Assembly: GCA_002070505.1 (NCBI GenBank)
Contig: MWDJ01000004.1
Location: forward strand, 68,695-132,694
Reading direction: 5' to 3'
DNA: 64,000 bases
DNA from: Bacteroidetes bacterium ADurb.Bin145
Lineage (GTDB): Bacteria > Bacteroidota > Bacteroidia > Bacteroidales > VadinHA17
Shown: piece by piece, positions 17,478-27,839 of the stretch
Layout of the letters: every line of letters begins with the position of its first letter
Position numbering within the stretch: position 1 is the first letter of the stretch
Program-made: the position numbers and the translations under genes
The notes under the pieces: model-generated
Seen by the model: the letters and a program-made list of their open reading frames with translations, nothing else
What the model was told of the DNA's origin: nothing
Databases searched by the model: none

Positions 17478-18878
17478 CTACTTGGTGCTGCTATATCCAA
17501 GGTTCTGTACCATGTTGGAGTTGGCAAGAAGCTCAGCACGAGGGATTGGGAAAGCATATTTATAACTACCGTAAGTCGGGCCTCCGTGTGTCTGTTTCAG
17601 AGGATCAACAAGAGGTATATTGCTTCCGGTGCGGGCCAGGTCGTCAAACCTGAAACCTTCGAAGGCAAGCTCTTTCCGTCTCTCCAGAAGGATATTGGCC
17701 TTTGTAGCTTCGGTATAAAGTGTAGCATTTCTCTTTGCAGGTATCATATTGAGATATGTCAAAGCATTGGGATCTGCATTGTTCAATTCGAATAAAGCCT
17801 CAGCATAAGTCAGGATAACCTCTTCATATCTGATAAGGAAGATGTCATCAGAATAGTCAAGTGAAGGATATTTTCCCATGTTCCTTATCTTCGAGCCTTC
17901 CATTCCTAACATTCCGTTTACAAACCCTCTGACATCAGAAGCTTCATAAAGATTAGACAGATTAGCCAGTGTCTCAACATCACCGTAATTCGAACCACGA
18001 TAGATATACTGAAGGCCATTTATATTCTGATTGTCCGTGTTGCTGAAAGCAAGTTCAAAAACTGAATTCACAGGACTGTCAGTTTTCCAAATGTTGACAA
18101 AATTTGCTGCTTCGACAACCTGGAATCCTGCTCCTGAATTTATAACAGCTTCACATGCAGTTTTAGCAGTTGACCAATCCTTGAAATATAAGGCAACTCT
18201 TGCTTTAAGAGCATTTACAGCGTGAGTCGTCATATAATATTTTGAGTCATCATTCAAGTCTGGTGACATTAGTAAAAGAGCCTGGTTAAGGTCCTCATTG
18301 ATTTTCGTTCTTACTTCTGTTACAGTATTCCGCCGTGGCAGAAGATCGTCACCTTTATAAACAGTAATATATGGCACTCCAAGGGTGGGGTCGGCACCTG
18401 CACCCGAGACATGCATTTGTCCGAATAGTTTCAGAAGGTCAAAATGAACAAGAGCTCTTATGGCATATGCCTGTCCCTTTATATGATCAATTTCCTCCTG
18501 ATCACCTTCAATTCCTGTTGCATTAATAACTATGTTAGCCCTGGCAATAGTACTATACATACTCGACCATGTGTCTGTAGCATAGGCATCATTATTACCC
18601 ATAGTCATAGCCGCAGGTGTAGTAAATCTACCGGATTTACCGTTGGCAAAAGAGTTGTCAGATCTTACTTCACCAAAAATGATATAATCGCGGCCATAAT
18701 AGGAAGACGCTGTTAACTGGTCATATGCTGCATACAGTATTCCCTGAATGTCCTCTGTGGTTTTAATGCTCGTCTCCACAGCTTTCTCCTGCGCCAGTGT
18801 GGGTTCCAGGTAATCTTCACTGCATGAGAATGAAATTCCCAACAAAACAATTGCAGATATTATAATTATTTTTCTCAT
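17478..18878 (-). CDS. susD: SusD/RagB family nutrient-binding outer-membrane lipoprotein
   Basis: Lipoprotein signal (GISFSC). TPR-like SusD pattern with C-terminal RKELAFEGFRFDDLAR. Directly downstream of susC. Confidence 0.9.
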   Translation of the reverse strand: MRKIIIISAIVLLGISFSCSEDYLEPTLAQEKAVETSIKTTEDIQGILYAAYDQLTASSYYGRDYIIFGEVRSDNSFANGKSGRFTTPAAMTMGNNDAYATDTWSSMYSTIARANIVINATGIEGDQEEIDHIKGQAYAIRALVHFDLLKLFGQMHVSGAGADPTLGVPYITVYKGDDLLPRRNTVTEVRTKINEDLNQALLLMSPDLNDDSKYYMTTHAVNALKARVALYFKDWSTAKTACEAVINSGAGFQVVEAANFVNIWKTDSPVNSVFELAFSNTDNQNINGLQYIYRGSNYGDVETLANLSNLYEASDVRGFVNGMLGMEGSKIRNMGKYPSLDYSDDIFLIRYEEVILTYAEALFELNNADPNALTYLNMIPAKRNATLYTEATKANILLERRKELAFEGFRFDDLARTGSNIPLVDPLKQTHGGPTYGSYKYAFPIPRAELLANSNMVQNLGYSSTK

Positions 18879-18882
18879 GTCT

Positions 18883-21800
18883 TTAGAATTTTATATTAAC
18901 ACCAAATACAACTGATTTAACGGGAGGCGTGGTAAGTCTTGTTAAACCGTCAGCACGTACTTCCGGATCCCATTTAAGGCCTTTATCCTTAACCCATGTC
19001 CACAGGTTGGTTCCGCGGGCGAATATTGAAATATCGCTGAGCTTTAACCTGTTCTCGATTGAAGAAGGTAAAGAATAACCTAAGACAATATCTTTCAGTC
19101 TTATATAGTCGCCATCATAAAGAAATCTCGAAGATGGTCTTGACACATTGTTTGCAACACTGCTGTAAAGTACTTTCGGTTCATCTGTAATATCACCGGG
19201 TTCCTGCCATCTATCCATAAGTTCTGCAACACCGTTATAATAAAGAAGTGAATATATTCCATTATGGTGTGTGTACCTGGACCAGTCTTCGAAAACTTTA
19301 TTACCTCCTGAGAAGAAGAAATTAGCATCAAGGAATATTCCCTTAAAATCAACATGAGTTCCGAACCCACCTGAGTATGTTGGCATTGCACTTTTACCCT
19401 GGAATTCTTCCTTTATATTAACATCATAGTAATTATTTGTTACTTCTCCATCCTTGCCATTAAGGTACCACTTTGGTAATCCGTTAGCACGGTCCACGCC
19501 AGCCCATTTTCTCATATACCAGGCATAAATTGGCTGTCCGACTGCTGTTTTTCGGTTGTAGACAGGAATTTCAATATCCTTGCCTGCTGCATCCTTTGCG
19601 AGTTCCAGAACCTTATTCTGAACAGTGGCAAGATTGGCATTTACACTCCAGTTTAAATCTGTTTTTCTTACGATAGCTACACTTAGCTGTGCTTCAATCC
19701 CTTTGTTTTCTACAACTCCAATATTCTGGGTGATAATATTATGACCAGAAGTCCTGGTTATAGGTACATCCTGCAACAGGTCAAAAGTTTTCTTGTAAAA
19801 ATATGCAAGAGAACCAGTTATCCTGTCTTTAAGGATACCGAAATCAGTACCGATATCCAATGTATGGTTCTTCTCCCAGGTAAGGCTGCTGTTTCCATAT
19901 TGAGCCGGGTATATTGCACCCATATTTGCATAATCAGCACTATATCCCAATAAAGCCTGATAAGCATTAAGACCTACACCAGCACTACCGCTCAACCCAT
20001 AGGATGCCCTGAACCTAAGGTTGCTTATGAGTTCAATATTTTTAATGAATGATTCTTCGCTGGCATTCCATGCCACACCGGCTGACCAGAAATTACCAAA
20101 TCTGTTTTCAGGTGCAAATCTTGATGAACCTTCTCTCCTGAATGTAAAGTCAGCAATATATTTGCCTCTGTAATTATAATTTGCCATTCCAAGATATGAA
20201 AGGTTGTTCCAGTCGTTAAAAGAAGAACTGGCATCAAAATTTGCTCCTGCGCTGGCAATATTTGTAAGTCCATCTGTAGAAAAATTCTCACCAGACCCCC
20301 AGAGGAAATGGTTTTTGTTTTTCTGATATTCTATTAAAGCTTTGAATGACAAGTTATGATCACTGAACCTCAGAGTGTAATCAAGTGAGTTCTGGAATAC
20401 TGTGTTGAAATTCCTTTCCGCTGATGCATAAGCATAACCACCTTCCTGAGCAGCATCTCCATGTATTCTGTTCTGGTATTGTTTATAATTAGCCAGGTTA
20501 TAGTCAGCAGATACAAATGTTCTGAATTTTAAATCTTTGATTATATCCCATTCAAGGCTTGAGTTTACAAGAGCACGAGTATAGTCATTTGCGTTAATAT
20601 CATGTTCAGCCAGGTAGATTGGATTGAATATTCCAACCCAGATATCAGTGTCCGGAGTACCATCTTCCTTATATGGCTGTTCCCATGGACTCATAAAGTA
20701 TTTTGCCAGGTTAGGATTAGCAAAATAAGCAGCCTGTTCAAGGTATGCATTCTGGTATGTATTTGATACATTTGTATTTATAGCAAATTTTACTTTGCTT
20801 GCTAATTTCCTGCTATAATTAAGTGCACCGGTGATTCTTTTAAAATCACTGGTTATCACAGTAGCTTCCGTTTTATTATATCCAAGGGATGCATAAAATG
20901 AAGACACATCGTCTCCTCCGGTTGCGGAAATACTTGCATTTGTAACAGGAGCGTTTTTATTTGTTACAGCATCATACCAGTTACCTTCTTTCCCCACTCC
21001 TGTAGCAACTCCACCATCCCATTCGGTAAGTAGGCCATAATCAAGTTCATTATCTACCATGAAATCATACGCTTCAGCTTCACTGAAGCCATATGCAGTA
21101 CCGTAACTGTTATAGATTGCTTCAAGGAAAAGCTCCTTTCTCTGGGCTCCGGTGAGTGGGGTCCGTCCCTTAACAGCATTATTCTGGAATCCTGTTGACA
21201 ATGATACATCAAAATTAGTTTTGCCTGATTTCCCTTTCTTGGTGGTAATAACAATTACACCATTGGAACCTCTTGCACCATATGCTGCAGTTGCCGAAGC
21301 ATCTTTCAGAACAGTGAGGCTCTCAATATCATTGCTGTTAAGAGCTGAAAGTGCACTTAGTGTACTTGATGCAGCACCGTCACCAGAGAAATCAGAATTG
21401 ACTACTGGTGCACCGTCAACAATGATCAATGGATCATTGCTTCCGGTAATTGATCCGACACCCCTGATCCTAATGTCCTGAACTGATCCTGGTGTTCCGG
21501 AAGATGATGAAATGTTAACACCTGCAACTTTTCCCTGCAGTGTCTGATCAACAGTTACGACAGGTACACTTCTTAGTTGATCTCCAGATAGTTGTACTGT
21601 CGAACCTGTCAGCTCGTTCTTGCTGCGTGTGGCATAACCGAGGACCACAACTTCACCCATAGCAAGAATATCAGATTCCATTGTAACGTTGACTACTGTT
21701 CTACCGGCAATTTCCACTTCCGTTCTTTTCATACCTACGTATGAGAAAATCAGAGTGGTAGAACCGGATGGAGCATTTATACTATAGCGGCCGTTAGCAT

Positions 21801-21963
21801 CAGTAATTGCACCTATAGTAGTTCCTTTCACAGTAACCGTCACACCAGGCACTACAAGACCATCCTCAGCGCTGGTCACAGTACCTGTAATCTGCACTGT
21901 CTGCCCGATAACGAGGTAGCTCGTCAGGAGCAGCAGTGTAAAAAACATACATAATCTCTTCAT
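18883..21963 (-). CDS. susC: SusC/RagA family TonB-dependent outer-membrane transporter
   Basis: 1026 aa. CarboxypepD_reg-like N-terminus (ITGTVTSAEDGLVVPGVTVTVKGT), plug (DPLIIVDG) and a C-terminal beta-barrel ending in F. Confidence 0.95.
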   Translation of the reverse strand: MKRLCMFFTLLLLTSYLVIGQTVQITGTVTSAEDGLVVPGVTVTVKGTTIGAITDANGRYSINAPSGSTTLIFSYVGMKRTEVEIAGRTVVNVTMESDILAMGEVVVLGYATRSKNELTGSTVQLSGDQLRSVPVVTVDQTLQGKVAGVNISSSSGTPGSVQDIRIRGVGSITGSNDPLIIVDGAPVVNSDFSGDGAASSTLSALSALNSNDIESLTVLKDASATAAYGARGSNGVIVITTKKGKSGKTNFDVSLSTGFQNNAVKGRTPLTGAQRKELFLEAIYNSYGTAYGFSEAEAYDFMVDNELDYGLLTEWDGGVATGVGKEGNWYDAVTNKNAPVTNASISATGGDDVSSFYASLGYNKTEATVITSDFKRITGALNYSRKLASKVKFAINTNVSNTYQNAYLEQAAYFANPNLAKYFMSPWEQPYKEDGTPDTDIWVGIFNPIYLAEHDINANDYTRALVNSSLEWDIIKDLKFRTFVSADYNLANYKQYQNRIHGDAAQEGGYAYASAERNFNTVFQNSLDYTLRFSDHNLSFKALIEYQKNKNHFLWGSGENFSTDGLTNIASAGANFDASSSFNDWNNLSYLGMANYNYRGKYIADFTFRREGSSRFAPENRFGNFWSAGVAWNASEESFIKNIELISNLRFRASYGLSGSAGVGLNAYQALLGYSADYANMGAIYPAQYGNSSLTWEKNHTLDIGTDFGILKDRITGSLAYFYKKTFDLLQDVPITRTSGHNIITQNIGVVENKGIEAQLSVAIVRKTDLNWSVNANLATVQNKVLELAKDAAGKDIEIPVYNRKTAVGQPIYAWYMRKWAGVDRANGLPKWYLNGKDGEVTNNYYDVNIKEEFQGKSAMPTYSGGFGTHVDFKGIFLDANFFFSGGNKVFEDWSRYTHHNGIYSLLYYNGVAELMDRWQEPGDITDEPKVLYSSVANNVSRPSSRFLYDGDYIRLKDIVLGYSLPSSIENRLKLSDISIFARGTNLWTWVKDKGLKWDPEVRADGLTRLTTPPVKSVVFGVNIKF

Positions 21964-21997
21964 AAATTAAAGTTTAGGTTAATGATTAATCGAACCG

Positions 21998-22005
21998 CAA
22001 ATATA
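21998..22005 (-). promoter_or_regulatory. -7 motif TATATTTG upstream of susC
   Basis: Matches TAnnTTTG on the minus strand, 35 nt from the start at 21963. Confidence 0.45.
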
Positions 22006-22072
22006 TCCAAATATTTCAGATTATCAATATGTAAGTAAGTAATGTAAATATTTTTTTAGTTTCGTATTTAAT

Positions 22073-23734
22073 TTAGATGTTTCCGATCTGTCTGTCAACA
22101 ATTTCCATAATTGACCGTTCTTCATTAAATGCCTTGTTTTCCAGGCTTTTCCCTTTCATAATAATATCCTTTACAAAAGGGTCTGTTTCCATACCCAAGG
22201 CATTTATTCTCACATTCAGAAAAGCTCCTCTTATACAGGAGAGAATAGCCAATCCTCCGACGGCTGCGTCTGTCACTGAAGCCGGATTCCCATCTTTTGC
22301 CATTTGTTTTACAATTTCAAATCCTTCAAAAGCTGTTTCCATAACCTTGTAAGGGACTGCAATGGCATTTCTATATGCTTCACTGACAGCATTTTTCCGG
22401 ATTCTATGCTCCTCATCTGTCTTTTTCGGAAGACGGTTAGCCATAATGATCCTGTTATAAGCCGCTGTGTCCTCATCGACAAGATCCAGCAGCCGGTTCT
22501 GTATATCCTTCCCCTTAACTGCCCAGTCTGAGAACTCTTTCCACCTGTCGTCCCAGCCTTTTTTATGGGAAGATAAATTTGCAACCATTGTCCCCAGGGC
22601 TACTCCAAGAGTTCCGATATATGCAGATACTGACCCGCCTCCCGGGGCCGGTGACTCCGATGCCACTGTTTCCATAAATGATCTCAGGTCAAGATCAACT
22701 AGTTGTTTCTTACCTTTTTCTGCCATAACGTATTCGATTATTTTCTCCTGCGGTTCAAAGGGATGTAGATCATCCAGTCCCATTGACTTCACAGCTATCT
22801 TTATTAATTCCGAATCTGACACACCAGACGATCTCTGCTGTTTTTCAAGAAAGTACTTCCCGGCATCGAGCATTGCTTTAAGCGGTATCAATCCCACAAG
22901 TTCCGAACCAGTCACCCGTACTCCGCGTGCATCGGCCTTCCTGCAAACTTCATCAAAGGCGATATGGACCGGCGTTACCGATATATTTGTCAGATTCATC
23001 GATATCTGGGCTATCCCATATTCCTCTATATACCAGCCGATTGCCTTTACACTTTTAAGTGTACCAGGTACACTTATTTCTTCACCCTTTTCATTTTTGA
23101 CATTTCTTCCTTTTTCCCTGACGTCGTAAGCGATTGCGTTCGCCCTGCGGGTGGATGTAGTGTTAAGGTTTATGTTGAATGCTACAAGAAAGTCACGTGC
23201 TCCTACCGCGGTCGCTCCCGAGCGAGCATTGAAAATAGCCGGGCCGAAATCAGGCTTCCATACTGGATCACAGAGTTTTTCCTTTAGTCCTTCGTATTCA
23301 CCAGCCCTGCAGTTTGCCAGATTTCTGCGTTTCTCCTCAAGGGCGGCGTTTTCATAACAGTAAACAGGTATGCCAAGCTCGTTTCCTATTCTCTCTGCCA
23401 GCTTCCTCGCATATACTACAGTTTCTTCCATTGTTATACCGGAGACCGGCACAAGAGGGCATACATCAGTTGCTCCCATTCTGGGATGCTCACCATGATG
23501 TTTCGACATATCAATGATCTCCGATGCTTTTTTTACAGCAAGAAATGCAGCTTCAGTCACCGCTTCCGGATCCCCCACAAAAGTTACTACGGTCCTGTTG
23601 GTATCCTTCCCCGGATCAATATCCAGGAGTTTTACCCCTTCAACAGATTCAATAACATCAGTGATCTGTCTTATTACCGACATGTCTCTGCCTTCACTGA
23701 AATTAGGAACACATTCAAGGATTCGTCTCGCCAT
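22073..23734 (-). CDS. ftcD: Bifunctional glutamate formimidoyltransferase / formimidoyltetrahydrofolate cyclodeaminase
   Basis: N-terminus ILECVPNFSEGRD (formiminotransferase) and a C-terminal cyclodeaminase domain (APGGGSVSA). 553 aa. Confidence 0.9.
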   Translation of the reverse strand: MARRILECVPNFSEGRDMSVIRQITDVIESVEGVKLLDIDPGKDTNRTVVTFVGDPEAVTEAAFLAVKKASEIIDMSKHHGEHPRMGATDVCPLVPVSGITMEETVVYARKLAERIGNELGIPVYCYENAALEEKRRNLANCRAGEYEGLKEKLCDPVWKPDFGPAIFNARSGATAVGARDFLVAFNINLNTTSTRRANAIAYDVREKGRNVKNEKGEEISVPGTLKSVKAIGWYIEEYGIAQISMNLTNISVTPVHIAFDEVCRKADARGVRVTGSELVGLIPLKAMLDAGKYFLEKQQRSSGVSDSELIKIAVKSMGLDDLHPFEPQEKIIEYVMAEKGKKQLVDLDLRSFMETVASESPAPGGGSVSAYIGTLGVALGTMVANLSSHKKGWDDRWKEFSDWAVKGKDIQNRLLDLVDEDTAAYNRIIMANRLPKKTDEEHRIRKNAVSEAYRNAIAVPYKVMETAFEGFEIVKQMAKDGNPASVTDAAVGGLAILSCIRGAFLNVRINALGMETDPFVKDIIMKGKSLENKAFNEERSIMEIVDRQIGNI

Positions 23735-24986
23735 TAATTATTTTTCCTTTAAGTATAACTGTTTCAACCAGATTGCTCCCATACGCGTACGGGAAAAACT
23801 CATATGAAGGCATCTCTTTAGTAATGAATACATTAGCCACTTTCCCTCGTGCTATTGATCCATGAGTTTCAGAAATCCCCATTGCATAGGCTGAGTTTAC
23901 CGTAACAGCATTTATGGCCTCTTCAGGAAGCATTTTAAGTCTTATGCACCCTAACGACATAACAAGTTTCATGTTCCCCGAAGGAGATGATCCCGGATTA
24001 TAATCAGAAGCCAGAGCTATGCCCAGTCCGGCATCGATCATCTTTCTGGCAGGAGGATCAGGCAGCCCCAGGAAAAATGCCGATCCCGGAAGAAGTGTCG
24101 GCATAGTACCGGTCCCTTTCAATGCTTTGATCTCTTCACTGCCGGAGTGTTCGAGATGATCTACTGAAAGAGCCCCGTATTTCACCCCGGTCTGAACTCC
24201 TCCCGAAAAATCGAGCTCATTGCCATGTATCTTTGGTATCAGACCATATTTGAGACCGGCCATCAGGATCTGCTCTGTCTCTTCAACAGTAAAGAAGCCG
24301 GTATCGCAGAAGACATCTATGAAGTCGGCAAGCTGTTCACTAGCCACAACAGGGATCATTTCATTTATTATAACATCTATATATTCATTCCTCCTGCCCT
24401 TATATTCATCAGGTACAGCATGAGCCCCGAGGAATGTTGACCTCACCTCTATCGGAGAGCTCTCCCTTATGCGTTTTATGACTCTGAGCATTTTTATCTC
24501 ATCTTCAGAATTAAGTCCGTATCCGCTCTTGATCTCAACAGCTCCGGTACCCATGAAGATGATCTCGTGAATTCTTTTCATCGATTGGATAAACAGCTCA
24601 TTATCAGATGTTTCATGAAGCAATTTTGCTGAGTTAAGTATCCCTCCTCCCCTGCGGGCAATCTCTTCATATGACAATCCCCTGATCTTGTCAGTAAACT
24701 CCGATTCACGGCTGCCTGCGTAAACAATATGAGTGTGAGGATCGCAGAATGAAGGGAATACGTATTTTCCTCTTGCATCAATTTCCCTGATCTCCTTTTC
24801 GGATATAAGTCCCATCTTCGATGGCAGATCCTTCATTGCCCCGAAATCCTTTATAAACCCAGAATCGATCAACAGGTATGCATCGGTTATTAAATTCAAA
24901 ACAGACATATCCTTTCCACAGACCCTGTCCTTCGGAATATCTTCTGCCTGGACAAGGCCCCTGATATTCCTGATCAATATCATCAT
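23715..24986 (-). CDS. hutI: Imidazolonepropionase
   Basis: Amidohydrolase metal motif DPHTHIVYAGSR plus the downstream HGNE../DH motifs. 20-nt overlap with ftcD. Confidence 0.9.
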   Translation of the reverse strand: MMILIRNIRGLVQAEDIPKDRVCGKDMSVLNLITDAYLLIDSGFIKDFGAMKDLPSKMGLISEKEIREIDARGKYVFPSFCDPHTHIVYAGSRESEFTDKIRGLSYEEIARRGGGILNSAKLLHETSDNELFIQSMKRIHEIIFMGTGAVEIKSGYGLNSEDEIKMLRVIKRIRESSPIEVRSTFLGAHAVPDEYKGRRNEYIDVIINEMIPVVASEQLADFIDVFCDTGFFTVEETEQILMAGLKYGLIPKIHGNELDFSGGVQTGVKYGALSVDHLEHSGSEEIKALKGTGTMPTLLPGSAFFLGLPDPPARKMIDAGLGIALASDYNPGSSPSGNMKLVMSLGCIRLKMLPEEAINAVTVNSAYAMGISETHGSIARGKVANVFITKEMPSYEFFPYAYGSNLVETVILKGKIINGETNP

Positions 24987-25093
24987 AAGTATTTAGTCGT
25001 AAATTACAGAGCCTAAGGTAGCAATTATTGAAAAAAGAGTTTGTGATTTTCATTTTTCTTTATCTTTAATGCTGGCTAATAAAACTATGATCT

Positions 25094-26446
25094 ATGAAAA
25101 AAACCTTTGTTGTTATCCTGATAATGGGAACCTGTCTCTCCCTTGTCGGCCAGGAAAAGAAAGAAAAGGTAGGATGGAAATTCGGCGGAGCCCTACCCGT
25201 CACGACATATGATTCCAACCTTGGATTTCAGTATGGAGCTCTTGTGGAGTTTTTCAATTACGGCAATCCAAGTGTCTATCCTGATTTCCTTGATCATACA
25301 TACACTGAGGTATCAAGGTTTACAAAAGGCAGCGGTATTTACAGGATGATGTATGAATCAAACCACCTTATCGGAAAGGCATATTTGTGTGTCGACTTAA
25401 GTTACCTGCCGGATAAGGCATATGATTTTTACGGATTTAACGGGTATGAATCTGTATTCAATAATAACTGGATGAAGGATCTAGATGACGGTTCTTACAG
25501 GAGCAGAATGTTTTACAGGCTTGAGAGGAACCAGTTCAGGATAAAAGCCGATCTGCAGGGAAAGATATCGGGGGAACATCTCAAATGGGGTGCAGGATTT
25601 GCATTTCAGAATTTTTCTGTCGGCTCGGTAGACATTGACCGTCTTAACAAAGGCAAAGATCCGGATGATCAGCTTCCGCAAGTAACTGATGAACCAGGTC
25701 TTTATGAAATTTACCGGGACTCTCTCGGTATCATATCAGCCAATGAAGCTGACGGAGGATGGATCAATACACTGAAGGCAGCTATTGTATGGGACAGCCG
25801 CGATAACCGCCCGAACCCGATGAAAGGTATCTGGTCGGAACTTGGAGTGGAGATTGCTCCGTCCTTTATGGGTAACGATTGGGGATTCTCGAAATTCTAC
25901 ATAACACACCGCCAATACTTCACAATTAAGGAAAATGACCTCTCATTCGTTTACAGGCTTGGTTACCAGACGACATTATCAGGGACTGTACCGTTCTTCT
26001 ATCAGTCACAGGTCATAACGTCAAGGCTCACAGGAGCAACCAATGAAGGATTGGGAGGTTCAAGCACTCTCAGGGGTGTGCTCAGGAACAGGGTTGTGGG
26101 GGATGGTTTCCTCCTCGGAAATTTCGAGCTTCGCTGGAAACCGGTTTACTTCAGATTCCTCAAACAGGATTGTTACCTGGGGATAAACGCATTCTATGAT
26201 TTCGGGATCATTACTGACAAGATAGAACTGCCTGGTAATCTTGAAACCAGGTTTGACAATAATCTTAAAAATTATGATTTCGACGATTTCTTCAATCCCG
26301 GAAGCGAATCACTGCATCAGTGCGCCGGGATCAGCATCATGCCGGTAATGAACCAGAACTTCGTTATAGCTATCGATCTGGGTAAATCCTTTAACAAGCA
26401 GGACGGGAATATCGGATTCTCTTTTGGTCTGAATTATTTATTCTAG
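25094..26446 (+). CDS. Omp85-family beta-barrel outer-membrane protein without POTRA domains
   Basis: Signal peptide, DSRDNRPNPMKGIW and RG...R motif typical of surface-antigen (D15) barrels, C-terminal F. Confidence 0.55.
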   Translation: MKKTFVVILIMGTCLSLVGQEKKEKVGWKFGGALPVTTYDSNLGFQYGALVEFFNYGNPSVYPDFLDHTYTEVSRFTKGSGIYRMMYESNHLIGKAYLCVDLSYLPDKAYDFYGFNGYESVFNNNWMKDLDDGSYRSRMFYRLERNQFRIKADLQGKISGEHLKWGAGFAFQNFSVGSVDIDRLNKGKDPDDQLPQVTDEPGLYEIYRDSLGIISANEADGGWINTLKAAIVWDSRDNRPNPMKGIWSELGVEIAPSFMGNDWGFSKFYITHRQYFTIKENDLSFVYRLGYQTTLSGTVPFFYQSQVITSRLTGATNEGLGGSSTLRGVLRNRVVGDGFLLGNFELRWKPVYFRFLKQDCYLGINAFYDFGIITDKIELPGNLETRFDNNLKNYDFDDFFNPGSESLHQCAGISIMPVMNQNFVIAIDLGKSFNKQDGNIGFSFGLNYLF

Positions 26447-27735
26447 ATCTTGTCGAGCCACATACCAAAGGCAACACCTATATAATTGCCTACTATCCAG
26501 CCGATTATGCCGGTTGCGAGTCCTGTTAGTATCACATCCTTGTTTTTCAGGGCGGCAGCGACCATAGGAACAAACGGAGGAGAATAGACAAATCCTGTTG
26601 TTGTTATAAGGTAATCGTCGGCATTAACTCTGAATATCCAGGATAGCAAAAGATGCAGTATAAGTGATCCAAAGTACGCGTAGGTGACGAAGTACAATAA
26701 ATTTAAATACTTCACATGAAAGAATACGCTAAGATCGCATCGTGAGGCTATTACAAGTGAAAATGCCGTTATGAAGTACATTCCAAGCTGGAAAGTCTTT
26801 TTTATCTGCCTGATCTTCGGAATAAATGAGGCTGCAACACCGAGAGTAGTAATTGTAAGAATGACTGAAACAAGAAGAGGCACCTTTGGAAGCATTATGC
26901 TAACGCCGAAAGCTGCTGCAAAAATAAGCAACGACAGTCCCAAAGCGCCGATGAGTGGAAGAACAACAGATTTTTTAAACATCCCTGTAAAATCTTCAAA
27001 ATCTTCAGCCAGCTCTTTTCCTGCTGATTCAATATCGGGATTTTCATTCTTCAGACCCGCATGGGCTTTGAAAGGAGGCAGAATGAACCTGAATACGGCC
27101 GGACCGGCTGTTATGAAGAATAAAATTGTCAATCCGCCAATTATCATATCATAGGTATTTGTCATGACAAACATGTTAGGCTCAACATTAAGTGCCACAG
27201 CCAGTGCTGCCATATTAACGGTACCTCCTGTATAGCATCCGATGAGCATACCCCCTACTTTATCAGCTTCTGGTATTTTATTCCTGAAGATCAGGTAACC
27301 GGTTGCAACAATTATCATTACAGATACCAGGGCAAGTAACATAGAAAGAAATCCCTTGCCGGAAAACCTGAGCCATCTCCTAACGTTCAGTGAAAACAAA
27401 ATAAGCGGCAGTGCAAGAGGGATCAACGCAGACTGTACATTATCCTGGATAGCTGCAACGTTATTTGCCCTGATATCTCTTTGAGTGATTGTACCCTCAG
27501 AAACAAGCTTTGATATTTCAGTCTTGGGAATAAATGCCCTGTCCTTACCCACAGTCTCATCACGGAATCCTTCACTACCTCGTGGTAAAATGCCAACATT
27601 GGCGATAATAATACCCGTAGCGTAAGCAAGCACTATTGCTCCGATCTTCTTAAAAACGGGATATTTGATCGTGAGCCAGATAAGAAACATAGGAAAAATA
27701 ATGTAAAACAAGCTGAGAATGATCAGGTTAATCAT
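26443..27735 (-). CDS. DUF819 family multi-pass membrane protein
   Basis: About 11 TM helices. The N-terminus resembles the DUF819/YjcL pattern. ATG 27735 preferred over the TTG at 27759 listed in the track. Confidence 0.5.
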   Translation of the reverse strand: MINLIILSLFYIIFPMFLIWLTIKYPVFKKIGAIVLAYATGIIIANVGILPRGSEGFRDETVGKDRAFIPKTEISKLVSEGTITQRDIRANNVAAIQDNVQSALIPLALPLILFSLNVRRWLRFSGKGFLSMLLALVSVMIIVATGYLIFRNKIPEADKVGGMLIGCYTGGTVNMAALAVALNVEPNMFVMTNTYDMIIGGLTILFFITAGPAVFRFILPPFKAHAGLKNENPDIESAGKELAEDFEDFTGMFKKSVVLPLIGALGLSLLIFAAAFGVSIMLPKVPLLVSVILTITTLGVAASFIPKIRQIKKTFQLGMYFITAFSLVIASRCDLSVFFHVKYLNLLYFVTYAYFGSLILHLLLSWIFRVNADDYLITTTGFVYSPPFVPMVAAALKNKDVILTGLATGIIGWIVGNYIGVAFGMWLDKI

Positions 27736-27839
27736 GGCCGGATAATTTGGTATGACCAAATATAAACAAAGCTGCCAACCGTTAAGCTGACCAGCGGAAA
27801 AATAGGTATTTATGCTTAAAGCAGGTTACCTTAGAAAAC

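Noticed and set aside
22467-23129. 220-aa ORF antisense to ftcD, and similar long shadow ORFs (39679..40293, 16165..16665, 14822..15241, 11857..12267, 33347..33730)
   Set aside because: All lie entirely within and antisense to (or out of frame with) confidently identified genes. Their Ser/Pro/Arg-rich products are typical of shadow frames.
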